Shown one piece after another: positions 1 to 6,528 of a stretch of DNA of 33,514 nucleotides (position 1 is its first letter; each line of letters starts with the position of its first letter). The stretch lies in the IMG/VR virus record IMGVR_UViG_3300009502_000019. The stretch is one strand, 5' to 3'. The position numbers and the translations under genes are program-made. The stretch is from a virus (lineage: Duplodnaviria > Heunggongvirae > Uroviricota > Caudoviricetes). The notes beneath the pieces were generated by a model. The model saw nothing but the letters and a program-made list of their open reading frames with translations. It made no database searches and had not been told where the DNA came from.

Positions 1-199
1 AGAAGCACCCAAGGATCGCTGACTCCGGAAGAGCCTCGATAGCATCAAGAACTTCCGGATCCTTTAGAGCATACTTCTCGTACATTGCAATAACCTCGTC
101 CCGGGTGCCGTCTTTGTCAATTACATACGGGTTTCCAAGGAGCGTGCCCCTTCCAATGTAATGCGTGTATCCTGCTTTGTACTTGTTTATGACTATCAT
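1..199 (-). CDS. DUF4326-like phage protein (C-terminus beyond window)
   Basis: Manual translation MIVINKYKAGYTHYIGRGTLLGNPYVIDKDGTRDEVIAMYEKY...LGCF; the YIGR..GNP..GTRDEVI..Y..LGC pattern is typical of DUF4326. Not in ORF track because it runs off the window. Confidence 0.75.
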   Translation of the reverse strand, partial: MIVINKYKAGYTHYIGRGTLLGNPYVIDKDGTRDEVIAMYEKYALKDPEVLDAIEALPESAILGCF

Positions 200-206
200 A
201 GATCCT

Positions 207-283
207 TGGTCTCCCCGGACCGGATCGAACGGTCGGCCTCCAGTGTAGGAAACTAGCGCTCTGTCCAACTGAGCTACGGGGAG
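207..283 (-). tRNA. trnR: tRNA-Arg(CCT)
   Basis: Cloverleaf CTCCCCG/CGGGGAG, anticodon loop TT-CCT-AC, T-loop TTCGATC, encoded CCA. Confidence 0.95.
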
Positions 284-284
284 T

Positions 285-361
285 TGGTGCCCTTGGGCAG
301 ATTCAAACTGCCAACCTCTTCCTTCGCAGGGAAGCGCTCTATTCAATTGAGCTACAGGGGC
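285..361 (-). tRNA. trnR: tRNA-Arg(GCG)
   Basis: Acceptor GCCCCTG/CAAGGGC (one mismatch), loop CT-GCG-AA, D-loop ..GA.., T-loop TTTGAAT, CCA. Confidence 0.9.
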
Positions 362-362
362 G

Positions 363-509
363 TTATTGTTCTTTTAAAGCTTTAATCAGATCCTTCTTGC
401 CCTTTGACCTAGAGAATGCCTTACCGCTAGGCACAACCCGAGTCTTTGGGTTGATCTCCCAACCGAACCTAGGTCGTACCTCAAGTAACTTCTTGTGCTG
501 CTTATTCAT
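363..509 (-). CDS. 48-aa basic hypothetical protein
   Basis: GGAGGAAG SD upstream; MNKQHKKLLEVRPRFGWEINPKTRVVPSGKAFSRSKGKKDLIKALKEQ* fills the gap between two tRNAs. Confidence 0.6.
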   Translation of the reverse strand: MNKQHKKLLEVRPRFGWEINPKTRVVPSGKAFSRSKGKKDLIKALKEQ

Positions 510-522
510 ACTTCCTCCGAAC

Positions 523-597
523 TGGTAGCGGAACCCGGAGCTGCCCCGGAACTTCTGGCTTATGAAACCAGCGCTCTTCTAGTTAAGCTATTCCGCC
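523..597 (-). tRNA. tRNA with CAT anticodon (elongator Met or Ile2)
   Basis: GGCGGAA/TTCCGCT, loop TT-CAT-AA, T-loop GGCAGCT, A73, CCA. Confidence 0.88.
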
Positions 598-601
598 ATA
601 T

Positions 602-680
602 TGGCTGGGCCTTCTTATTACAACCGTTTCGTCTCTGGTCGGCCTTTCAGAGCGTAATTTCACCCATTGCTACTCCTGCC
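602..680 (-). other. Unclassified CCA-terminated structured RNA candidate in tRNA array
   Basis: 79 nt ending GCCCAGCCA; possible helices TGGGT/GCCCA, ATTAC/GTAAT, CTCTG/CAGAG; no cloverleaf. Confidence 0.35.
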
Positions 681-702
681 AATTCGCTTTGGGCTTCGGA
701 TT

Positions 703-776
703 TGGTCCACCTGAGAGGTAATGCTCCTCCGTCGCCCGGTTATCGGCCGGGTGCTCTGCTATTGAGCTACAGGTGG
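703..776 (-). tRNA. trnI: tRNA-Ile(GAT)
   Basis: CCACCTG/CAGGTGG, loop CC-GAT-AA, T-loop AGCATTA, CCA. Confidence 0.9.
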
Positions 777-822
777 TAATGTCTACTCATCTCAAATGTC
801 CGGTCCACAACGGACGTTTCAT

Positions 823-917
823 TGGTACACGCGGAAGGACTTGAACCTTCATATTTAGCCAGTCCGGCCAATGACCCGGGTATAAACCGGGGGGTTTACC
901 AGTTAACCTACGCGTGC
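823..917 (-). tRNA. trnI: tRNA-Ile(TAT) with 24-nt variable region
   Basis: GCACGCG/CGCGTGT, stem CCCGG/CCGGG, loop TT-TAT-AC, V-arm TTGGCC-GGACT-GGCTAA, T-loop TTCAAGT, A73-CCA; 95 nt. Confidence 0.88.
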
Positions 918-1120
918 CTGTAACCACCTTCAAATTGTCTTACCGCTTCTCTTACTGCACGAACTGTTTGCTGACACATAACACAGCCAGCTATGTGCTG
1001 TTTCATTTTGATATGCCTGCTTTTGCTAAGCGAACCGTCTACGTATTCACCTAACGGCAGTCTACTGCACTTCTCTTCTTGAATGCAATACCACTTAAAC
1101 ACCACGTCCATATCGTCCAT
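908..1120 (-). CDS. Small zinc-finger protein, anti-sigma zf-HC2-like
   Basis: GGAGG SD; L.EYVDG.L...HIAGCVMC (H-x3-C-x2-C) motif. Confidence 0.65.
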   Translation of the reverse strand: MDDMDVVFKWYCIQEEKCSRLPLGEYVDGSLSKSRHIKMKQHIAGCVMCQQTVRAVREAVRQFEGGYRHA

Positions 1121-1277
1121 ACGACCCTCCTTTGGTTTTTATAGGTTACTGCTCTCACCTATATAGAGCCGCAAAGGGGGTACTTTATTACAAACTATTT
1201 TCAACTATTTTGTCGCAAATAGTAGCTACTTTTTCCGACAAACTTGTCACACTTCCGATGTGCTTTTCGTGACAAAC

Positions 1278-1353
1278 TGGTGGGAAGTGAAGGGCACGAT
1301 CCTTCAACCTTCTGCATGTCATACAGATGCTCTTCCAATTGAGCTAACTTCCC
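1278..1353 (-). tRNA. trnV: tRNA-Val(GAC)
   Basis: GGGAAGT/ACTTCCC, loop AT-GAC-AT, T-loop ATCGTGC, CCA. Confidence 0.9.
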
Positions 1354-1354
1354 C

Positions 1355-1430
1355 TGGTGCGTGATGAAGGACTCGAACCTTCGATATCCTGGATGTAGGC
1401 CAGGTGTCCTAGCCGCTGAACGAATCACGC
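1355..1430 (-). tRNA. trnV: tRNA-Val(TAC)
   Basis: GCGTGAT/ATCACGC, loop CC-TAC-AT, T-loop TTCGAGT, CCA. Confidence 0.93.
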
Positions 1431-1433
1431 GTA

Positions 1434-1511
1434 TGGCTGGGGAGGAAGGGATCGAACCTTCCTTATTCTCGGTTAACAGCCGAGCGCCTTCGCCCTGAAG
1501 ACTACTCCCCA
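1434..1511 (-). tRNA. trnN: tRNA-Asn(GTT)
   Basis: TGGGGAG/CTCCCCA, loop CT-GTT-AA, G73-CCA. Confidence 0.93.
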
Positions 1512-1512
1512 A

Positions 1513-1572
1513 TGGTGGACACCCTCAGAGTTGCACTGAGTTCTCCTGTGCTTCTATTACACCATAGCCGCC
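1513..1572 (-). pseudogene. Anticodon-arm-less tRNA remnant (60 nt)
   Basis: D-arm-like GTGT-AATAGA-AGCAC, perfect T-arm CTCAG-TGCAACT-CTGAG and ACCA end; anticodon arm missing, acceptor poorly paired. Confidence 0.7.
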
Positions 1573-1579
1573 ATAAAAC

Positions 1580-2086
1580 TTAACTCAAATACTTTTCCCA
1601 GAGATCCACTATTTCTCCGAGCTTAATTCTTACAATTTCACGAAATCCACGAGGCCTAGCTGGGGTCCTCATTAGCTTAAGCCCCGACTCAGCTAATGTT
1701 CTGTCATCCTTTGAGTAATTGCATGCTTTGCATGCAGTTACGGTGTTATCCCAGGAGTTTTTTCCACCCTTTGATTCCGGGATTACGTGGTCAATTGTCG
1801 TGTTCTTCGCGCCGCACTTTACACTACAGTATTGGCATTGATAATTATCTCGAAGATGCACGTTACGCTTTGTGTAAGAGACATAGCTGATCCTCTCGAA
1901 CACAACACGAACATATCTTTTGAGACGTATTACCGCCGGTACTTTCATAGTTTGACTAACTGAGTGTACTTCCTTATCGTATTCCTCAAGAACAACAGCC
2001 TTATCAGAGTATACAGCAGAGATTGCAGACTGCCAGTCACACACCCCAAGGAATTGGAAATCTAGGTTGAGCACTAAGCAGCGCAT
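1580..2086 (-). CDS. HNH endonuclease (McrA/HNH_5-like)
   Basis: RDNYQCQYC...TIDHVIPESKGGKNSWDNTVTACKACN. Confidence 0.9.
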   Translation of the reverse strand: MRCLVLNLDFQFLGVCDWQSAISAVYSDKAVVLEEYDKEVHSVSQTMKVPAVIRLKRYVRVVFERISYVSYTKRNVHLRDNYQCQYCSVKCGAKNTTIDHVIPESKGGKNSWDNTVTACKACNYSKDDRTLAESGLKLMRTPARPRGFREIVRIKLGEIVDLWEKYLS

Positions 2087-2763
2087 GTTGTTTTCTCCTT
2101 AAATTTATTAGTAAATAAATCTTTCCAATAGTTTCTGTTAAAGTTCGTTCGGCAATGACACTGTTTACAAAGACTAATTAGGTTACTTAATATGTTGTGC
2201 AACTTGTCATAATCAATGTGGTGCACATTCAAACTACAACCTAAAATAACTAAATGCTCTTCCTCTGTTAGACCACATAACTGGCACTGATAATTATCTC
2301 TTTTCCTAACAGACTCTTTTAGGGTGTTGTCAAATTCCGGTCCATATGGTAGGTTAAGCCCGCCAGTCCAATTAGGATTCTCAGGACCTATCCAACGCCC
2401 GTCATAGCACCCATTTTTCTTCTTAGTATCAACACTTTTCTGTACTGCTTCTTCTGATTTTCTCTTTCCAAGCTGTGCCTCTCGTACCCTTATTTTTTGG
2501 TATTCAGATCCATTTTTACCAAACATAGGGTTACTTGAGCCAACCAACTCTTTTCGTTTCGCACGACAAGCCGTGCACCCACAATCAAGTTTGTGTGTGC
2601 TCGTTCCGCCAGTCATTGTCTTTTCATAACAGGATCTGCATCTCTCCCAGGAACTTGTAACCTGAACTTCATGTCTCATACCACATCCTCCGAGGCACTC
2701 CCTGGTTTCTCGCAGCTTCCTGTCTTTTCTAATCTTACTTCGCTTATATACTCCCGTTGGCAT
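2074..2763 (-). CDS. HNH homing endonuclease with NUMOD-type DNA-binding region
   Basis: Likely start MPTGVYKR (AAGGA SD; the ORF-track extension overlaps a tRNA); NPMFGK motif; C-terminal CQLCG...LNVHHIDYDK..N..NLISLCKQCH. Confidence 0.85.
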   Translation of the reverse strand: MPTGVYKRSKIRKDRKLRETRECLGGCGMRHEVQVTSSWERCRSCYEKTMTGGTSTHKLDCGCTACRAKRKELVGSSNPMFGKNGSEYQKIRVREAQLGKRKSEEAVQKSVDTKKKNGCYDGRWIGPENPNWTGGLNLPYGPEFDNTLKESVRKRDNYQCQLCGLTEEEHLVILGCSLNVHHIDYDKLHNILSNLISLCKQCHCRTNFNRNYWKDLFTNKFKEKTTCAA

Positions 2764-2781
2764 AACAATCCTTTCGATCGT

Positions 2782-2856
2782 TGGTCGGAGTAGGGAATCT
2801 TGCAATCCCAACCTCTCGGTCCCGAACCGAGCGCTCTTCTTTTGAGCTACACTCCG
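2782..2856 (-). tRNA. trnP: tRNA-Pro(CGG)
   Basis: CGGAGTG/TACTCCG, loop TT-CGG-GA, T-loop TGCAAGA, CCA. Confidence 0.92.
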
Positions 2857-4208
2857 TTAAAAATATCCTGCTTTTCAGCGAGATACTTTAGATACACTTC
2901 TTTGTCTTCTCCGAGCTTTAGTTCCCCATTCGTCAGTGCCGCCATCACGAGATCCTTAAGCCTTCCAACCTCCTTACCTCCTGGAAGACTGAATCGCTCC
3001 ATGATAGACAGCCCGTCTAGTGGGCACTTAAGTTCTTTGTAGTTCTTTACTTCCTCGATCCTGTTCTTAAGGTGATCGATACGGGCTAGGTTCATTTGAA
3101 CCTTCTCTGGTCTATGGCTAGTAATATCAGCGGCACTCAGAGCGATCAGCTTGTCAAGATGGGCCCCGGTCTCGACAACGTACCTTCTTACCGCTGAATC
3201 TGACCAGTCTTCCTTGTACAGGTTCGTTCTCATGTGGTTCCGGACCAAGTACGTTACGTCCTCGATCACCTTCCGCGGCAGCCCGAGCCGACTCAAGATT
3301 GAATAAGCCATCAGAGCCGAAACCTCTTCGTGCCGGTAGAAGTGCACCCGTCCATCCCACTCAGTCTTAACGTAAGGCTTGCCGACGTCATGGAACAACG
3401 CTGCAAACCTTGAAGCTACTTCAGCCGGCGAGTTCTCAACTACTCCTACCGTATGAAGCCATACATTTTTGCTGTGGTACTTGCTGTCTTGGTCCACAGC
3501 ATTAAGTACCGTCAGCTCCGGGATGAAGTAATTGAGCAGCTTGTACTTCAGCAAGTCATTCAGAGCCTCACCAACGTACTTACCAAGCAGTATCTTGGTG
3601 AACTCGTCTAGGATTCGCTCCTTCGGCAGGAACAGAAGCCTGTGTGCTTCACTTGCTAAAGCCTCTCTTACTCCATCTGAATACAAAAACCCAAACCGCG
3701 ACTTGAACCGGATCGCCCTAAGCATCCTGAGCGGATCGTCGCTAAAGATCTCTGCCGCTTTCATAGGGGTCTCAAGGATCCCCTTTGCCAGGTGCTCCTT
3801 GCCTCCGAAGAGGTCTACTACCTCCCCATTTCGATCCATTGCCAGGGCATTGATCGTAAAGTCCCGGCGGATCAGGTCGTCCGCGATCGTTGTTCCCCAC
3901 TCCACAACCGGCCGGCGGTTATCCCTCTGGTACTTCTCGTTTTTTCTAAATGTAGTTGCTTGTATGATGTACCCATCCATAACAACTTCTATTGTTCCAA
4001 AGGCTTTTCCTACATCGTGTACTTTGTAACCTGCTTTTTGAAAGACCTTTTCAGTATCGTCTGGAAGAAGGTTAATAGCAAAATCCAGATCATCCGTGTC
4101 TTTTCCAAGCAGCTTGTCACGGACTGTGCCACCAACCAAGTATATGTCAGCGTCTTTGAATAGTGAAAATACCTTTTCTACTACCCTATCAGTGATAGTT
4201 TCAGGCAT
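2847..4208 (-). CDS. cca: CCA tRNA nucleotidyltransferase with HD domain
   Basis: YLVGGTVRD..DLDF, RRDFTINALA, DDPLRMLRAIRF, HT...FHDVGKP motifs of class II CCA/poly(A) polymerase family. Confidence 0.93.
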   Translation of the reverse strand: MPETITDRVVEKVFSLFKDADIYLVGGTVRDKLLGKDTDDLDFAINLLPDDTEKVFQKAGYKVHDVGKAFGTIEVVMDGYIIQATTFRKNEKYQRDNRRPVVEWGTTIADDLIRRDFTINALAMDRNGEVVDLFGGKEHLAKGILETPMKAAEIFSDDPLRMLRAIRFKSRFGFLYSDGVREALASEAHRLLFLPKERILDEFTKILLGKYVGEALNDLLKYKLLNYFIPELTVLNAVDQDSKYHSKNVWLHTVGVVENSPAEVASRFAALFHDVGKPYVKTEWDGRVHFYRHEEVSALMAYSILSRLGLPRKVIEDVTYLVRNHMRTNLYKEDWSDSAVRRYVVETGAHLDKLIALSAADITSHRPEKVQMNLARIDHLKNRIEEVKNYKELKCPLDGLSIMERFSLPGGKEVGRLKDLVMAALTNGELKLGEDKEVYLKYLAEKQDIFNGV

Positions 4209-4906
4209 CTTTTTACCGCTGCTTTCTGTAGTACTTGGTTAACTTCTGGACTTCTGCCTAATGTCCATCCGGTGCTTAAATAGTGCAATACTTGTTCTTT
4301 GCGTACGAGCCGGCTCTCTTTTGTTTTTAAATTATGTATGTGTTTCCGCCCAATATGTGCAAGCCTGTTCTTCTCTGTTTGATCTTGTGGCTTTGTTCGG
4401 CCACGTTGCACTTTGCTATTTTTGTTTCTTATTTCAACCGCCCTGTCCACCCCATACTTCTCTGAATAAGTTTTACCTTTGTACTCCCCACGCTTGTACA
4501 TGCAGAAACAACAGATGCAAGTGTCTTCATTGTGCCCGAGTGCTGATAGTGTTTTCCCGACCCGTGCTTCGGACACCCATGGTTTAGGGCCACTCTTTCT
4601 CAGCTTGGTTTCCTCTGAGTCAGGTCCCCATGCTCCGTTTCCGCCGACTGTAATATTGTAACCGGTAGCTCTATCTGTAGAATTAAATTCAGCAATATAC
4701 TTTCTTTCCAAGCGGTCTGCGTCCTCTTGGTTCTGTGCTGTTGCTAGTGTTTCTCGTGTAAAGCCACCTTTTCCATGTTCTTTTATTGCAATTTTTAACA
4801 GTTTTCCGCTTCCAAGATATCCAGGTCTTGCATAGCCAAATTTCTGACCAATGTACACTTTACCGTTAAATTTATTGGTTGTTTTATATATAATCCACTC
4901 ACTCAT
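4181..4906 (-). CDS. GIY-YIG homing endonuclease
   Basis: Likely start MSEWIIYKTTNKFNGKVYIGQ (AAGG SD); YLGSG, GYNIT motifs; NUMOD3-like SEETKLRKS. Confidence 0.88.
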   Translation of the reverse strand: MSEWIIYKTTNKFNGKVYIGQKFGYARPGYLGSGKLLKIAIKEHGKGGFTRETLATAQNQEDADRLERKYIAEFNSTDRATGYNITVGGNGAWGPDSEETKLRKSGPKPWVSEARVGKTLSALGHNEDTCICCFCMYKRGEYKGKTYSEKYGVDRAVEIRNKNSKVQRGRTKPQDQTEKNRLAHIGRKHIHNLKTKESRLVRKEQVLHYLSTGWTLGRSPEVNQVLQKAAVKRCLKLSLIG

Positions 4907-4920
4907 ATCATGCCTTTCAT

Positions 4921-4994
4921 TGGCTGACCTGCAGGGATTCGCACCCCAATTTTTCGGTTCAGAGCCGAACGTCCTACTGTTGGACGACAGGTCA
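4921..4994 (-). tRNA. trnQ: tRNA-Gln(CTG)
   Basis: TGACCTG/CAGGTCA, loop CT-CTG-AA, T-loop TGCGAAT, G73-CCA. Confidence 0.92.
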
Positions 4995-4998
4995 ATGT

Positions 4999-5073
4999 TG
5001 GTCGGGGTGGTGAATTTTGAAATCACGACCTCTCGCTCCCAAAGCGAGCGCTCTGCCTCTGAGCTACACCCCG
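4999..5073 (-). tRNA. trnP: tRNA-Pro(TGG)
   Basis: CGGGGTG/CACCCCG, loop TT-TGG-GA, CCA. Confidence 0.94.
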
Positions 5074-5084
5074 AAATTAACTAC

Positions 5085-5097
5085 ATTTTAAAGAACA
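5085..5097 (-). promoter_or_regulatory. boxA-like antitermination element
   Basis: TGTTCTTTAAAAT in spacer between tRNA-Gln(TTG) and tRNA-Pro(TGG). Confidence 0.55.
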
Positions 5098-5103
5098 ACA
5101 CAT

Positions 5104-5177
5104 TGGCTGGCGATGGAGGTACCGCCCCTCCGCCTCAAGGTTCAAAGCCTCGCACGCTGCTATTACGCCAATCGCCA
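5104..5177 (-). tRNA. trnQ: tRNA-Gln(TTG)
   Basis: TGGCGAT/ATCGCCA, loop CT-TTG-AA, T-loop GGCGGTA, CCA. Confidence 0.9.
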
Positions 5178-5178
5178 T

Positions 5179-5254
5179 TGGTGGGCTCGGCGGGCAATGA
5201 TCCCGCAACCTTCTCCTTAAGAGGGAGTTGCTCTGCCAATTGAGCTACGAACCC
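5179..5254 (-). tRNA. trnK: tRNA-Lys(CTT)
   Basis: GGGTTCG/CGAGCCC, loop CT-CTT-AA, T-loop ATCATTG, CCA. Confidence 0.92.
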
Positions 5255-5259
5255 AATAC

Positions 5260-5336
5260 TGGTGCGTCCGGCAGGAATCGAACCTACTCTTGGTCCTGGT
5301 TAAAAGCCAGGCGTCTACCCAGTCGACTTCGGACGC
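5260..5336 (-). tRNA. trnK: tRNA-Lys(TTT)
   Basis: GCGTCCG/CGGACGC, loop CT-TTT-AA, T-loop TTCGATT, CCA. Confidence 0.92.
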
Positions 5337-5341
5337 TTATG

Positions 5342-5773
5342 TTACGCAATTCTCATTACTCTAGTTGGTCTTCCTCTGCCTTTGTTTCTTGACCCATAAA
5401 ACTCTGTTAATGTGTGGCAGTTAGGGCAAAGTAGTTCTAGATTTTCTTCACGGTTGTTTTTCCAGTTACCGTCCTTATGCTCAATCTGCAAAGGAACTTT
5501 TCCTGTATAGATGTTAACCTCTGACCATTCGCATTTCGAGCACTTGCTTTTGTACTTCTCAAACAAATATTTTCTTACATGCCCAGAGATGGAGGAGACT
5601 CCTTTTCCACCATTCTCTAGCCCCTGCTTCCATCGACGTATGTACAAATCATATGCAGTCTTATTTTTAACTCTGACCACATGTCTGTTTCCACACATAC
5701 GAGAACAAAATAGCCGATGACATTTCCTAGAAGAAAACTCTTTTTTACATTCGTTACATACATATGTATGCAT
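5342..5773 (-). CDS. HNH endonuclease
   Basis: Likely start MHTYVCNEC (GAGG SD; the ORF-track extension overlaps tRNA-Cys); LQIEHKDGNWKNNREENLELLCPNCH. Confidence 0.87.
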   Translation of the reverse strand: MHTYVCNECKKEFSSRKCHRLFCSRMCGNRHVVRVKNKTAYDLYIRRWKQGLENGGKGVSSISGHVRKYLFEKYKSKCSKCEWSEVNIYTGKVPLQIEHKDGNWKNNREENLELLCPNCHTLTEFYGSRNKGRGRPTRVMRIA

Positions 5774-5787
5774 TATATTACCCTCAG

Positions 5788-5874
5788 TGGAGACGGCTGT
5801 CGGACTTGCACCGACGTGTGGATTGCTCCAACAGGTTTTGCAGACCTGCACATTCGCTGCTCTGTCAAGCCGTC
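5788..5874 (-). tRNA. trnC: tRNA-Cys(GCA) with long variable arm
   Basis: GACGGCT/AGCCGTC, loop CT-GCA-AA, U73, V-arm TGGA-GCAA-TCCA, T-loop TGCAAGT; 87 nt. Confidence 0.88.
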
Positions 5875-5875
5875 A

Positions 5876-5964
5876 TGGAAGCGGAGATGGGAGTTGCACC
5901 CATCAGCTGCTTTTGGCAGCTCCGGCTTATGAGACCGGTTAGCCCACTGGGGCTCGTCTCCGCA
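5876..5964 (-). tRNA. Non-canonical CAT-anticodon tRNA with long V-arm and 5-bp D-stem
   Basis: (T)GCGGAG/CTCCGC(T), D-arm AGCCC-CAGT-GGGCT, loop CT-CAT-AA, V-arm AGCTGC-CAAAA-GCAGCT, T-arm ATGGG-TGCAACT-CCCAT, U73-CCA. Confidence 0.8.
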
Positions 5965-5974
5965 ATGAATAATA

Positions 5975-5988
5975 CTTTTCAAAAAACA
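5975..5988 (-). promoter_or_regulatory. Degenerate boxA-like element
   Basis: TGTTTTTTGAAAAG, one core mismatch to TGTTCTTTGAAAA. Confidence 0.35.
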
Positions 5989-5991
5989 AAC

Positions 5992-6065
5992 TGGCGGGCC
6001 AGCAAGGTGACGCTCCCTGGTCTTCGGTTTTGGAGACCGACGTTCTACTGTTGAACTACTGACCC
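5992..6065 (-). tRNA. trnW: tRNA-Trp(CCA)
   Basis: GGGTCAG/CTGGCCC, loop CT-CCA-AA, T-loop AGCGTCA, G73-CCA. Confidence 0.9.
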
Positions 6066-6073
6066 ATAACTTT

Positions 6074-6164
6074 TGGCGGTGGGTAGACGAGTCGAACGCC
6101 TAAAGGGCTATTAACCCTTAACCGGGTTCAAGCCGGTCGGACCTGCCAATGTACCAAACCCACC
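6074..6164 (-). tRNA. trnS: tRNA-Ser(TGA)
   Basis: GGTGGGT/ACCCACC, loop CT-TGA-AC, long V-arm, G73-CCA. Confidence 0.9.
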
Positions 6165-6174
6165 ATTTTATTAC

Positions 6175-6247
6175 ATCGGCAAACATCGCCAACTTTCGAT
6201 CTTTGCCGATCTGCTACTGCACAATAACATATCTAATGTTATCGTGC
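6175..6247 (-). other. Tandem stable hairpins in tRNA spacer (possible small RNA or processing signal)
   Basis: 12-bp GCACGATAACAT/ATGTTATTGTGC hairpin, 8-nt linker, 9-bp ATCGGCAAA/TTTGCCGAT hairpin. Confidence 0.4.
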
Positions 6248-6252
6248 GTTAC

Positions 6253-6339
6253 TGGCGGAAGAGGTAGGTGCTGCCCCTACAAGCCTTTTACAGCTCCCGT
6301 TTTCGAGACGGGTGAGCTCTCTAACTGCTCAGCTCTTCC
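6253..6339 (-). tRNA. trnS: tRNA-Ser(CGA)
   Basis: GGAAGAG/CTCTTCC, loop CT-CGA-AA, V-arm, T-loop GGCAGCA, G73-CCA. Confidence 0.9.
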
Positions 6340-6340
6340 T

Positions 6341-6427
6341 TGGCGGAGGAGGTGGGGTACGATCCCACATGCCTTTTACAGCACCCGCGTTCCAGGCGGG
6401 CGAGCCACCAAATTGCTCAACTCCTCC
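6341..6427 (-). tRNA. trnS: tRNA-Ser(GGA)
   Basis: GGAGGAG/CTCCTCC, loop CT-GGA-AC, V-arm, T-loop ATCGTAC, CCA. Confidence 0.92.
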
Positions 6428-6429
6428 AT

Positions 6430-6520
6430 CGGCGGAAGACGTCGGTGCTGCCCCGACCAGACGTTTGCACGTCTCCAACTTAGCAGGTTGGCCCAGCTAA
6501 CTGATATCTGGCTGTCTTCC
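6430..6520 (-). tRNA. trnS: tRNA-Ser(GCT), genomic 3' end CCG
   Basis: GGAAGAC/GTCTTCC, loop CT-GCT-AA, V-arm AGACGT-GCAA-ACGTCT, T-loop GGCAGCA. Confidence 0.9.
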
Positions 6521-6528
6521 ATAAAAAT

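Noticed and set aside
602-680. Hammerhead ribozyme (CTGA...GACGAAAC...GTA)
   Set aside because: Core reads CUGAAAG, not CUGANGA, and stems I/II cannot be formed properly.
5876-5964. tRNA-Sec
   Set aside because: Anticodon is CAU not UCA, acceptor is 7 bp or less rather than 8, and discriminator is U not G.
1201-5982. Minus ORFs 1201..1512 and 5773..5982, and N-terminal extensions of 2074.., 4181.., 5342..
   Set aside because: They run through tRNA genes; for the extended ORFs, downstream ATGs with SD sequences give better starts.
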